NCBI GenBank assembly: GCA_050575255.1
Contig: JBNZDD010013721.1
Location: 6,268,548-6,332,547 of the forward strand
Reading direction: 5' to 3'
DNA length: 64,000 nt
Source: Harriotta raleighana
Lineage: Eukaryota
Below the pieces are notes generated by a model, which worked only from the letters and a program-made list of their open reading frames with translations, made no database searches and was not told the DNA's origin. Of the stretch, positions 34,960 through 46,632 are shown piece by piece; the stretch's first letter is position 1; the number at the start of each line of letters is the position of its first letter. A program made the translations under genes and the position numbers.

Positions 34960-35655
34960 CCTATGTCTTGTTCAACCCTCAGCTGTCCTTTCTCCCCACA
35001 TCGGTGTCATGACCTTCTCTGCCTTCCCCCAGCACCACATCATTGTCCGACACCACTTAGGCTGCTGAAACCCTGAATCACACATTTGTCACCTAAGGCC
35101 TGACTAAGGAAATTCCCTCCATTTTGGCCTCCTCAACACTTCTCTCCACAAGCTGCAGATCACTCCACAACTCCGTCAACCCCACTATTGCCTGGCTCCA
35201 CTGGCTCCCAATCCCTTAGAAGATAGAATTCAAAATCCTTGTCCTCAATTTCAAGGCCCTCCACAGTCTTGGCCGCTCCTACCTCTCTGGCCTGCTAAGC
35301 CCCTAACAACCTGTCCGCTCCCTAAATTCAGAAGGCTCCAGCCTGCTCCAGGTCTCCCACCAGACCCGCACTATCACTGGTGGCCAGGCTTTCAGCCTTT
35401 CTGCTAGGAGAAAGCCCCCACTCTTCGGAACCCTTTGGAATCCCACAATCTCTTCGCATCGCTCCCTTCCTTGCCTCCTTCAAAATTCCACTCAACATCC
35501 TCCCTTTTTGACTATTCCTTCAGCTGCCTTCCTACCTCTCTGCTCTCCCTAATTTCACCCCTACCCCACCCCCACCTACACCTGGGTCCGGAATCCCTAA
35601 CTCTCCAGCACCTTGCTATGTCCTGAAAGGCGTTTTACGAATGTAATTTTGTTGT
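34960..35655 (+). mobile_element. Degenerate L2 3' fragment
   Basis: Remnants of AETL.H.FVT, LAWLHWLPI..IEFKILVL.FKALH and GGQAFS, then the L2 tail. Confidence 0.75.
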
Positions 35656-35734
35656 TTCTTTGCGTGCTGTAACACCGACAGACTGATAAAAACAACTGTG
35701 CCAAGTGCGCTCTCAGGCAAACAAACCTTGGTTT

Positions 35735-37310
35735 AGAACAAACCTGTTCCTTGTCCATAAGATCCAGGTCCCCACTCTCTCCTTCGGGAGATATTGCACG
35801 TCATGTTGTTGTCCAGCTGCTCCATGATCACCTCTCCTCCACCTTCCACTTTCTCGTCCCCCTGAAATCTCGGTCTATTTCCAACCCCACCCATTCCCCC
35901 TGGTACAACACTCATCTCCGCACCCTCAAATGCCAAACCCGGCTGCCCGAGCGCAGGTGGCAGAAAACCGGCCTCACCGTTCACCACTGCGTCTCGAATT
36001 CTTCCTCACAAACCGCCAGCAGTGTATTTCCACAAACGTTTTTTCCTCCCACTCTACCCAGTTACCTGTGGGGTACCCCAGGGATCCATCGTTGGCCCCC
36101 CCTCCTTTTCCTTATCTATACGCTCCCTCTTGGGGATGTCATCCGCAGACATGGGGCACACTTCCACATGTGCGCGGATGATACGCAACTCTATTTCTCC
36201 ACTTCACTTTGCGACCCCCCCCGCCGTCCCCTGATGTTCTGTCAGCCTGTCTTTCAGACATCAGGGGCTGGATGAACGCAAATTTCTGGCAGCTGAATGT
36301 CGACAAGACGGAGGCCATTCTCCTTGGCTCTCATCAACGTCTCCATTCACACGGCTCTCACCTCCTCCTCCACCTTCCCGACCTGCCCCTAAAACTCTCT
36401 GAACCTGTGCGCAAGCTAGGCGTCAGGTTCGACCCCCCAACTGTCCTTCCTCCCCCATATCCGGTCCGTTACCAGCGCCGCCCTCTACCACCTCCGACGG
36501 ATCGCCCGTCTCCAGTAACATCTCAGTTCCAAAAGCCGCTGAAACCTTGGTCCATGCCTTTGTGAACCTCTCGGCTGGACTATTGCAATGCCCTCCTCCC
36601 AGGTCTCCTCTCCACCACCACGCACAAAATCCATCTCATCCAAAACTCTGTCGCCCGATACTCACTCGCTCCAAGCTTCGCTCCCCCATTACCCCAGTCA
36701 CTGGCTCCCTGTCCCAGAGAGGATCGACTTCAAGAACCTCACCCTTGTTTTCAAATCTCTCCACTCCTCTGCACCCCACCATCTCTCTCATCTCCTCTCC
36801 CCCCCAAACCAGCACCCGCTGCCTTTACTCNACTATCTCTCTCATCTCCTCTCCCCCCCAAACCAGCACCCGCTGCCTTTACTCCTCTGGGACTGGCCTC
36901 CTCCATGTCCCCCGAATCCTCCGCCCCATCCTCGGCGGCCGTGCATTCAGCCACTACGCCCCGAGGCAAAGAAACTCCCTTCCTCACTCCCTTCGCCTCG
37001 CCCCCTCTCTTCCCAGCTTCAGCCTCTGGGACTGGCCTCCTCCATGTCCCCCGAATCCTCCGCCCCATCCTCGGCGGCCGTGCATTCAGCCACTACGCCC
37101 CGAGGCAAAGAAACTCCCTTCCTCACTCCCTTCGCCTCGCCCCCTCTCTTCCCAGCTTCAGGTCCCGGCTGAAGACCTTTCTCTTCAACCCGGCTTTTGA
37201 TCACCTTTCTGTCCCTGGCTCGGTCCCAGGATCCGCTTTTGCGAAGCGCTCCGAGAGGCCATCCGGCGTGGAGGGCGCTATATAAATCGAAGTTGTTGTT
37301 GTTGTTAATC
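35735..37310 (+). mobile_element. L2-clade LINE fragment including part of the RT (3' end duplicated at 37496-37650)
   Basis: VTCGVPQGSIVGP, LFLIYTLPLGDVIRRHG.FHMCADDTQLY, IRGWMNANFWQLNVDKTEAILLG and GGRAFSHYAP; frameshifted; (TTG)n tail. Confidence 0.9.
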
Positions 37311-37698
37311 ACTTTCTTGAAGATTAAAAAAAAATCCACACTGTGAAGTTGTTTTCTGTCATCACATAGGTCAAACACGNATCACTTTCTTGAAGATTTT
37401 TTAAAAATCCACACTGTGAAGTTGTTTTCTGTCATCACATAGGTCAAACACGATGTGAGTGATCTCATGCTTTACGCGTTTGTAGCGTAAGCAANCTGAA
37501 GACCTTTCTCTTCAACCCGGCTTTTGATCACCTTTCTGCCCCTACCCCTGGCTCGGTCCCAGGATCCGCTTTTGCGAAGCGCTCCGAGAGGCCATCCGGC
37601 GTGGAGGGCGCTATATAAATCGAAGTTGTTGTTGTTGTTGTTGTTATTAATCACTTTCTTGAAGATTTTTTAAAAATCCACACTGTGAAGTTGTTTTC

Positions 37699-37766
37699 TG
37701 TCATCACATAGGTCAAACACGATGTGAGTGATCTCACGCTTTACGCGTTTGTAGCGTAAGCAAATC
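37699..37766 (+). promoter_or_regulatory. Shared upstream module (gene 6 copy)
   Basis: TGTCATCACATAGGT..GTGATCTCACGCTTTACGCGTTTGTAGCGTAAGCAAAT. Confidence 0.6.
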
Positions 37767-37874
37767 CTACACGCATTTGTCGTGTATTTAATTTTTGTTG
37801 AAAAAAAATGATCATAAAAACCGTTTCCATGGACATAGGATAAAAGTTTTGCCGAGTTATGAACCTGGTAAATT

Positions 37875-38894
37875 ATGCCAAAGGGGTCAGGAGCGGATCC
37901 GAATAATTCCTCTCAAGAATCGGATATCGAGACCACTAAAGAAACAGGGCAGAAAACCTCCCAGGACGGGGAAGAGGAGCCCAGGGGTCTCGATGGACCC
38001 AGACCCAGGCTGGAAGTGTTCAGTGTGACCTTGAACGTGGGCGATGTGAAGGTGGATGAGATGACCGTCAAGGTGAAGGGCGGAAAGCTTTCGGTGTCCG
38101 GTCAACAATTGGAGAACCGGGCGAACGGTTTCTGCTTTCATAGCTTCACCGGTGAGTTCACGCTCCCCCCGGACTTGGACGAGGCCACGCTGATCGCCAC
38201 CTTGGCTCACGACCGGACCATGAGAATCGAAGGCTACCGAGCGGCGCATATCGATTCGAGTTCGCAGACGGACGAGGGCTCGGAGGCTCGAGCGGAGCAG
38301 GCGTCGAGGAAACGCGCGGCGCACACGCCCGGCCACAAGGTGCCGGATGCCAAACGGCAGCAGTTAACCGGCAGGAGAAGCAGCAGCCGCTTCACTAACC
38401 GGCCCGACCCCGTGGAGCGCACCAAACACATGGCCACCGAACACATCTGCTCCACCACAGTCACCATCCCCCAAAAGTGCAGGTCCAAAGTGAACTGCAG
38501 CATCAGGAGCACGATCTCCAAGACTTGCTTCTCACCCAACCCCAGGAAACCCAAAATAGACATGACTCTCGCTTTCCCCGTAAGCGAGGTCCAACCATTT
38601 ATCGACAGCTCCCGTCAACCCACCGTCAGCTCGTTACCCGACACCTGGCTTCAGAATAACATGAACGCTGATACCAACAACAACAACAACAACAACGCCC
38701 CCACCACGCCTGTTCCCTCAACCCTGGGCTTGAACATAACAGAGACTCCCGAGGTGATGAAATTTGAACCAGTAAACGTCGCGGGCAAGAGCTCCTGCAC
38801 AACAGTAACCTTCCACACCTTCAACCTTATCCCATCACCTTCAGAGACACACAGCAGCACTATCATTCCAATCTCTTCCACCCGTAAGAAATAA
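37875..38894 (+). CDS. Array gene 6: alpha-crystallin-domain protein, 339 aa, Ser/Thr-rich tail with poly-Asn
   Basis: VFSVTLNVGDVKVDEMTVKVKGGKLSVSGQQLENR..FHSFTGEFTLPPDLDEATLIATLAHDRTMRIEG. Confidence 0.85.
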   Translation: MPKGSGADPNNSSQESDIETTKETGQKTSQDGEEEPRGLDGPRPRLEVFSVTLNVGDVKVDEMTVKVKGGKLSVSGQQLENRANGFCFHSFTGEFTLPPDLDEATLIATLAHDRTMRIEGYRAAHIDSSSQTDEGSEARAEQASRKRAAHTPGHKVPDAKRQQLTGRRSSSRFTNRPDPVERTKHMATEHICSTTVTIPQKCRSKVNCSIRSTISKTCFSPNPRKPKIDMTLAFPVSEVQPFIDSSRQPTVSSLPDTWLQNNMNADTNNNNNNNAPTTPVPSTLGLNITETPEVMKFEPVNVAGKSSCTTVTFHTFNLIPSPSETHSSTIIPISSTRKK

Positions 38895-39639
38895 CGACCC
38901 CGACCTCACCCCTCCTGCACCTCTGCGAAGCCCCTTGCATGACCGCCCTTGCCAGCACCCTGCACCCAATCCGATTGGCGTGACAGATCAGATCGGTACC
39001 TACCGCAGAGATCATCAGCTCAAATCCCCTTCTCAGGCACCGTCCATGACAGAACCAAACTCCCATACGAAGCAATAAAGAGCTTCGTCTGGAGGGGTGG
39101 GGGGGGAATGATACCAATTGCTTGGATGGATTGAAGGAAGNGGGGCGGGTGAGGGGGGAATGATACCAATTGCTTGGATGGATTGAAGGAAGCAAACTTT
39201 CCACAACTTTCGCGTCTCGTCTGAGGAATGAATGCCCTTGCCTCAAATTGATCTCCGAGCGCCAACCCACAAGCTGTATTTGTTCATAAATAAAAAGCAG
39301 GTTTGAGGGTTTGTGTTTCCATTGTCCAGATTCCTCCACACGATTAAGATATTTCAATTTGGTGTTGTCACCGACAAGGAATTCCAATTCATTTATCTCT
39401 CAAGAGCACGGAGAAGCACACGGCGGCAGGTCAGTGACAGGATTGCAATAAGATGGCAGAGCTCTTCTCTATGCCAGCACTTTGGGGGTTTCTAGGTCAC
39501 TTGGCATGTCAGTTCAGCTGCCATTTTTTTGGGGGGCGTTGGCTCTGGTGATCACTTCATTTGTTCCTTTGAAAACAACCGATCACAATGGATTCAAGAA
39601 TACGGCCCAGGGGAAACTTCTCAGTGAAGCAAAGTGTCN

Positions 39640-40546
39640 AACAACGCCCCCACCACGCCTGTTCCCTCAACCCTGGGCTTGAACATAACAGAGACTCCCG
39701 AGGTGATGAAATTTGAACCAGTAAACGTCGCGGGCAAGAGCTCCTGCACAACAGTAACCTTCCACACCTTCAACCTTATCCCATCACCTTCAGAGACACA
39801 CAGCAGCACTATCATTCCAATCTCTTCCGCCCGTAAGAAATAACGACCCCCACCTCACCCCTCCTGCCCCTCCGCGAAGCCCCTTGCATGACCGCCCTTG
39901 CCAGCACCCTGCACCCAATCCGATTGGCGTGACAGATCAGATCGGTACCTACCGCAGAGATCATCAGCTCAAATCCCCTTCTCAGGCACCGTCCATGACA
40001 GAACCAAACTCCCATACGAAGCAATAAAGAGCTTCGTCTGGAGGGGGGGGCGGGTGAGGGGGAAATGATACCAATTCCTTGAATGGATTGAAGGAAGCAA
40101 ACTTTCCACAACTTTCGCGTCTAGTCTGAGGAATGAATGCCCTTGCCTCAAATTCATCTCCGAGCGCCAACCCACAAGCTGTATTTGTTCATAAATAAAA
40201 TGCAGGTTTGAGGGTTTGTGTTTCCATTGTCCAGATTCCTCCACACGATTAAGATATTTCAATTTGGTGTTGTCACCAACAAGGAATTCCAATTCATTTA
40301 TCTCTCAAGAGCACGGAGAAGCCCACGGCGGCAGGTCAGTGACAGGATTGCAATAAGATGGCAGAGCTCTTCTCTATGCCAGCACTTTGGGGGTTTCTAG
40401 GTCACTCGGCATGTCAGTTCAGCTGCCATTTATTTTTTGGGGGTGTTGGCTCTGGTGATCACTTCAGTTGTTCCTTTGAAAACAACCGATCACAGTGGAT
40501 TCAAGAATACGGCCCAGGGGAAACTTCTCAGTGAAGCAAAGTGTCA
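39640..40546 (+). other. Assembly duplicate (second haplotype) of the gene 6 3' end and flank
   Basis: Begins right after the single N at 39639 and repeats ~38691-39638 with scattered substitutions. Confidence 0.8.
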
Positions 40547-41883
40547 GGTGTCACCTTATATGATCCTGTAACAAATGCTTCAAGTTCTCTGCAGAACACA
40601 TAGAGTCGTTGTTCCATCTTGTGCTCCTGGAATCAACATCAACGTTTTAGCGGGTGCTGGTGTAGTGTATTTGGAGAACTCGACATACTGAATATGTCAT
40701 CTCCTTCCAGTACAATCGTTGAAAGAAAGGCTTTGCACTGTATGAATTCCGAGGTTTTCTTTCAACCAAACACAATTGGCCAAACACAAGAAAGCGTTTT
40801 GAAAGCGATAAAGCTGTCACATTTGCGAATAGCACTGAGGCCACTGAGGATTCTCAACAAATGGAGAAAAGCTTCTCCCTCTGTCAGTACCACTATTACT
40901 CCTTAGTTTCTTTTATCACTCGCTGGTACTAAACCACCTAACTCCAATGATTTGTCCATTTTAAATTCCACCAACCTATTATGGGACGCTTTGGGATGGC
41001 CTCCCGATGTGAAAGGCGCTGTACAAGTGTAATTTTGTTGTTGTGGGTACCACTTTGGTGTCGATATTGATATCTAAGAGTTAACTGTTCCTTGCAGCTG
41101 ACTGCTTTCTTCTAAAAAAAAATCTCTATACCCGTTTGATAATATTAACCTTATGCGTTGTGACTTTCTTTCCAGATTTACATTTAAGTAGTGATGATCT
41201 GTTAAACTCACAATTCAGCTATGAAGATAAATACCGAGCTCTATGTCCAGAACAGTGAAGCCTCGGGGACGAATACGTTCGAGTCCAGTAAATGTTGGCA
41301 AGCTCGGAGGTAAGCACAGTAGCTACTATATCCAATAGTATCAATACAGTACTATATTTACAGTCTTATCTCATTGTAGCATCCGATACCGAATGACTTT
41401 AAACACCACCATGCAAACCTTATAGCTAGCAAAATTCCAAGAACGTGATTTGAAAGGCATCTTTGATTAGGCTTGCTGGTATTTCCTAGTGAACACTAGT
41501 GTGCATATAGATTCCAGATAATATACTTTCATGGGTATATTCGAAGTTATATCACGGATATCCCTGAGCCCTCCCCCGCCCCCTACTTGGCTGTACAGCG
41601 CTTTGGGACGTCCTCCCGACGTGAAAGGCGCTATATAAATAAAATTTTGATTGATTGATTGATATCAGCTCGCTCAAAATGTTGTCGTTATTCGCACATT
41701 TCCGCCAACGCCAGCCAAGCAAATACCCTTTGTGGCATAACATCTTTATTGCACTTAGGAACATCCCTATACACGATACCCTGTCAGGTACCCCCGCCCC
41801 CCCCCACACACACAAACATCATGTCACTTGCAGTGACAAAGTTGGAGGAGATAAAAACAGTTGTAAATTTATGCAGCAGTTTT

Positions 41884-41950
41884 TTTTCATCACAGTAGTT
41901 TACAATGACGCCTGTGATCTCACGCTTACGAACACGTGACGTAACAAATA
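41884..41950 (+). promoter_or_regulatory. Shared upstream module (gene 7 copy)
   Basis: TTTTCATCACAG..TGACGCCTGTGATCTCACGCTTACGAACACGTGACGTAACAAATA. Confidence 0.6.
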
Positions 41951-42306
41951 CATCTGCCGTACGTGTCTCCGTTGTGATCAACTTGATGGGACTCTTGTGA
42001 ATGATGATGGTAAGATTTTTTTCAGCGACGGAGCCTTCCATATATCTCCTCCCGTTTGGGACGTCGGTGACTCTCGGATAGAAGCGGAAGAAAAGAGGAC
42101 AGCAACTAAAGGCGGCAGCGACTCGTGAAGAACTCGCTTTGGGTCTTCGCGACTCTCCTCTTGGCGAAGATCACACACGGGAGTGGGGTTAGGGAGGGGC
42201 TGGGGGGCGAGGAGGAAGGGAAAAGAAACGTGGCAACCGCTGAGGGGAGCTGAGGATAACCTCGAAGAGAGAAGATTTGAGAGCTGATCATGCCCTCGGT
42301 GCTGGC

Positions 42307-43998
42307 ATGCCTTTTGCTGACACTGTGATTCTCACCATATCAAGTGATCGGCCGGTGAACATCCGAAGGCGTCACCAGCCCACAACCAATGCTCCCCACC
42401 AGTGCATCACCATCCGCTGCCGCTCGCCCAACCTCAGGCTCCGGATCAGCGCCGAGTCTAAACCCCGGGCCCAAGTTGGGGAAAGTAAACCCATTCGGTC
42501 CTCCCGGAGTCGCGCCCCCACCAAGAGGTCCCGCACTTGTCCCAGATTGACCTCCGGGAAAGACACTCGCCGCCGTTCTCCGCCGGTGTCGGCCCGCCCC
42601 CCCCGCCAGCGACCCCTTCCCTCCAAATGCGCTCGAAGGAAACCCAATCGATCGCTTGCGCGTCCCAGGGCGGGCGGCAGCTCGGGCTGGAAGAAAGGCA
42701 GGCGCCTCCTGAAAACACCTGGAAAGCTGGGCCCTCCCCCCGACTTGCCTCCCCCCAAACGCAAGAAGCGTAGGTTGTCCAAGAGACGCGCCCGGCAGAG
42801 GCGAGTGCCGAGTCCCGATCCCACCCCCAGTGGGATGGCAATGCCGGGGCACGGTCTGTGCTATATAGCCACCACTCTGGGCAACCGTACCCCATCTCCA
42901 GCCAGCGCCTCTCAGCATTGCAACTGCCCAACTCCCCTCCGCCAACCGTTCGCGAACCCCAGGGTTCGGAAGCCGTTCCAACTCTCACCCGACTTGTCGG
43001 GAGAAACCTGCCGCGAACCCAAACGTGCCTCAATCCCTTTCATCCAATTGGCTTCCAGAAAATGCCAGGAGACCTTTAGGAACGTCATGGGGGCTTGGAA
43101 GAACCCCAGCCCCCCTCCCCCCAATCCCTCCTGCGATCTGGTCCTCGGGAAGTGCCTGGCCACTGGGAATCCTCAGCCAAACAAAATGCCCTGCGGGACC
43201 CCTCGCCCCGCCACCACCGAGAGAAGCGTCCAATGTAGCCACCCCTCTCCTCCGGGGAACGGCGGAAGATGGATCCCAGAGACCAGGGTGGAGGCCTGTA
43301 GTCAGACGGCGCCCCCCTCCTCACGTGGGCGTCTAACTCGGCCCAAGCGCAAGAGGGTTGCAGATCCCGTGGTCCACAACTACTGCCTCACCGGGACTCC
43401 CTCGGCCGCGTCTCCTCCACCCGTGGGTCCGGCCGGCAGCAAGAGCAACTGCGAATCCCCGTCAAGGTTCTGCCCCGAGAGGTCCGGCCGTCGGAGACTC
43501 TTCCCCAATCGGGAGAAACAGATCTGTCCAAAGTGCATGAAACCTACGTACAGGAGCATCCCGATTTACGTGGTGGAACCGTGCCTCGAGCCTCAGGATT
43601 TGGCTTCGGTCCCGCCTCTCAACTCACAGAATCAGACTAGCGGGAGACAGAACGAGCCGAAGCCTGGAGGATCTGACCTATCCACCATGACCCCACGATC
43701 AGTCTCGGAAATATTTTGCATCCCCCTGCAACCCTCTAAGACCGTCGCAAATTCCAGTGAAACTATGTGGTGGAGCTCGCCTCAGCCCAGTACCATCAGG
43801 TTTTGCAAATCTCCGGAGCCCAGTGCGGGGACCTTCTGCAGCCCGGCAGCCCCCAGCTCCATGACCTCGTGCGCCGTTTCTAAACCCAGTACATCCACCA
43901 TCTTCATCTCTCCGGAGATGTGCCCTTTCACTCCAAACCCCGCTGCGGAATCTCCCAACACATCGCCAGATAACTACCCCAAAACATGCCAAATCTAA
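42307..43998 (+). CDS. Array gene 7: Arg/Lys/Pro/Ser/Cys-rich protein (563 aa from first ATG) without an intact alpha-crystallin domain
   Basis: 1.7-kb stop-free ORF in the array, preceded by the shared module and followed by AATAAA at ~44340; basic tract PPPKRKKRRLSKRRARQRR. Confidence 0.65.
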   Translation: MPFADTVILTISSDRPVNIRRRHQPTTNAPHQCITIRCRSPNLRLRISAESKPRAQVGESKPIRSSRSRAPTKRSRTCPRLTSGKDTRRRSPPVSARPPRQRPLPSKCARRKPNRSLARPRAGGSSGWKKGRRLLKTPGKLGPPPDLPPPKRKKRRLSKRRARQRRVPSPDPTPSGMAMPGHGLCYIATTLGNRTPSPASASQHCNCPTPLRQPFANPRVRKPFQLSPDLSGETCREPKRASIPFIQLASRKCQETFRNVMGAWKNPSPPPPNPSCDLVLGKCLATGNPQPNKMPCGTPRPATTERSVQCSHPSPPGNGGRWIPETRVEACSQTAPPSSRGRLTRPKRKRVADPVVHNYCLTGTPSAASPPPVGPAGSKSNCESPSRFCPERSGRRRLFPNREKQICPKCMKPTYRSIPIYVVEPCLEPQDLASVPPLNSQNQTSGRQNEPKPGGSDLSTMTPRSVSEIFCIPLQPSKTVANSSETMWWSSPQPSTIRFCKSPEPSAGTFCSPAAPSSMTSCAVSKPSTSTIFISPEMCPFTPNPAAESPNTSPDNYPKTCQI

Positions 43999-45739
43999 AG
44001 CACAACTTCCACCAGGACATTGGGCACCCGCTCTGAACCTGAGCTCATCTCACAAGACACATGTGCGCTGAAAACCAGGACTGTGTAATGGCTGGAGTAG
44101 ACCAGGTTTCCCATTGGGAAGCCAAGGCAATATGTCCCACACACATAACATACACAGAGCCAAACCAGCCAAGCCCACCTCACCAAGAGACAAGGCTCAC
44201 ATTCATGCATGGTTCCTGGAAATATGGTTGTTTGGGACTTAGAATGTGCTGAAGCAAGCAAGCAATTTCTGAAATTACTGTCAAAAAATTACATTAATTT
44301 GGAACTGTAATTAAAAGAAAGCAGAAACTCGTCAATCAAAATAAAAAAAACACAAGCTCGAAGTTTATAGCTGTTCTTCAAAATAGTTGATATTTAGTTA
44401 GCTATTCACTTCTCCCCCTGGTTTGTCTGAAAATCCAATACAACCAATCGGAAAAACCTAATGTAATGCATTACTGTGGACGTAACATTTGCAACGTTCA
44501 CGTCAAGTTAAAGTTTGTTAAATGTAAAAGTTATGTTTTTAATGAGGGCTCCTTGTCCAGCCCATTGTTCACTTTACAATCCTTCTGCACCACCACTCAA
44601 TATTAATGAAACGGAATGTATTTTATTAACCCTTTCCTGCTTGCCTTGGTTAAACTGTAGGCTGAGAGAATTAAATTGACTGGGTCTCTGAAAATAGCAT
44701 TCTTCAGCTGGTGGCTGGGATGTTTGCAACAAAGGATTCAGTTGACTTCACCTCCAATGTTTCCACCCTATCAGCGTTGCATGGTCTCACAAGCTCCATC
44801 ACCCTGAATCCCTTCCCTCCACCCACTCCCCCCCCCCCCTCTGAAACACTGACTGTCCAGCGCATTGGGACGTCCCCCCTACGTGAAAGGCGCTGCACAA
44901 GTTGTTGTTACTGTATTTTGCTGTTGTTACTGTTATTGCCTACTGATTGAGAATTCGCTACTCACCAAACTGCAGTTCCTGCTGGAATGTCTTGTGTGAT
45001 GGCAGTTACTACACTCAGAAATGTATTATTCTTGCTATCTCCTGGATAAAGAAAAAAGTTTTGCTGGCTTTAGAATATGTTCTTATTCCAATAATAAGCC
45101 AAACGCCCTGATGATCTCAGCTATACTTCGGCCAGGGTCAAGCTCTCTGGGATGCTACCCTGATTGAGGGGCAGTATGCAAATGCAAATNCGATGATCTC
45201 AGCTATACTTCACCTTTTACAAACCCGTGTCGTAAAGAAAAGGCATTGCCCCTCTCTCGCCCACCTCGGCCAGGGTCAAGCTCTCTGGGATGCTACCCTG
45301 ATTGAGGGGCAGTATGCAAATGCAAATTGTTGTTGTTACTTGCAAGGCTGTTGAAATACTAATGAATAAGAGCATCAGAATTTAAATTATTTGGGAAAAT
45401 TCTCGAAGAGACCCTGAGCAATCAATACTTTCAAATTAAATTAATTGAAACAAATGAAGGTAAACCAAAGATAACCAATTGGGGATTCGGTTTTCAAAAA
45501 AATCGTATTCTTTAAAAATAATCCTCATCTTCATTCATTCAACAACAAAATAAAACCTTTTTTTTTACTACATTGTACAACTCATTTGATTGATGTGCTA
45601 TTTGATCAATAGTGAAGCCCACTACTCAAATATCCCACTGTGTTGTCTCCCCAGTTTCACTTTGCACAAAATCCAGTTTATCCAAAACTTCTGCATTCTG
45701 ACCCACACTAAACTGTAAGACCATGACACCGGTTCTAGT

Positions 45740-46145
45740 CAGTGGCTCCCTAACACTGAATGGATCGTTATCAAAGTCTTCATACTAGTCTACAAATCTC
45801 TTCATCCCCTTGCACCTCCCTACCTCTCCGACCTGCTTTTTCCTCAACCAACTACCAGCTGACTTCGCTCAAACTGGCTCCAGCCTCTGGCTCGTCCCTG
45901 ATGCCCTCTGTTTTACCATTGGTGGTCGCTATTTCAGCCGGTACACCCCCAAACTCTGCAACAAATCTTCTTCTATCCCTCGGTCTTGCCCCCCCCCCCC
46001 CTCCTTCCTCATTATCAAGTGGTGCCTGGAAACCTTCCAAGGGTCACCTCCCCCAGGGTGGGCGTCTGGCTACGCCATTGTCAAGTAAGTGCTCTGGGAC
46101 TCTACAAAACAACCAGGGTCGCTGCATCAATGCAAGTTGTTGTCG
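45740..46145 (+). mobile_element. Degenerate L2 3' fragment
   Basis: IGGRYFSRYTPKLCN and an L2-type 3' end. Confidence 0.6.
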
Positions 46146-46490
46146 ACAAGGACTAGAGACGGTTAAAATACTTCGAAATAAAATGGCACTAACGTTAAAA
46201 CCGATTCACAAAACTCTTCAAGTGTACCAGAGCAAGGCNATACCAGAGCAAGGCTTTCACCCTACACTCATCAAAAACAAGCGATTGGTTTCGGGTGCCG
46301 TTCGCATAGTTAACGCTCCAAACGCAAGTTTAAGCTTTCACACATTGCTTCAAATTGANGTACCAGAGCAAGGCTTTCACCATACACTCATCAAAAACAA
46401 GCGATTGGTTTCGGGAGCCGTTCGCATCGTTAACGCTCCAAACGCAAGTTTAAGCTTTCACACATTGCTTCAAATTGATCAGGCCGGCCA

Positions 46491-46610
46491 CTGTCATCAC
46501 AGAGGTGTATGAGAGGCGTGTGTGACTTCACCTTTTACAAACCCGTGTCGTAAAGAAAAGGCATTGCCCCTCTCTCGCCCACCTCTTTTCAGAAAAGCCA
46601 TGAACCTGTA
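46491..46610 (+). promoter_or_regulatory. Shared upstream module (gene 8 copy)
   Basis: TGTCATCACAGAGGTGT..GTGTGACTTCACCTTTTACAAACCCGTGTCGTAAAG..TTTTCAGAAAAGCCATGAACCTGT. Confidence 0.6.
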
Positions 46611-46632
46611 ACTGGTGTGAAGGGGGTCAACT

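Noticed and set aside
39634-39843. Second copy of the gene 6 C-terminus
   Set aside because: Starts at a single N and repeats the preceding sequence with a few substitutions; alternate haplotype.
42340-43336. Multiple overlapping ORFs on both strands within gene 7
   Set aside because: Expected shadow ORFs in GC-rich, stop-poor sequence; no recognisable motifs.
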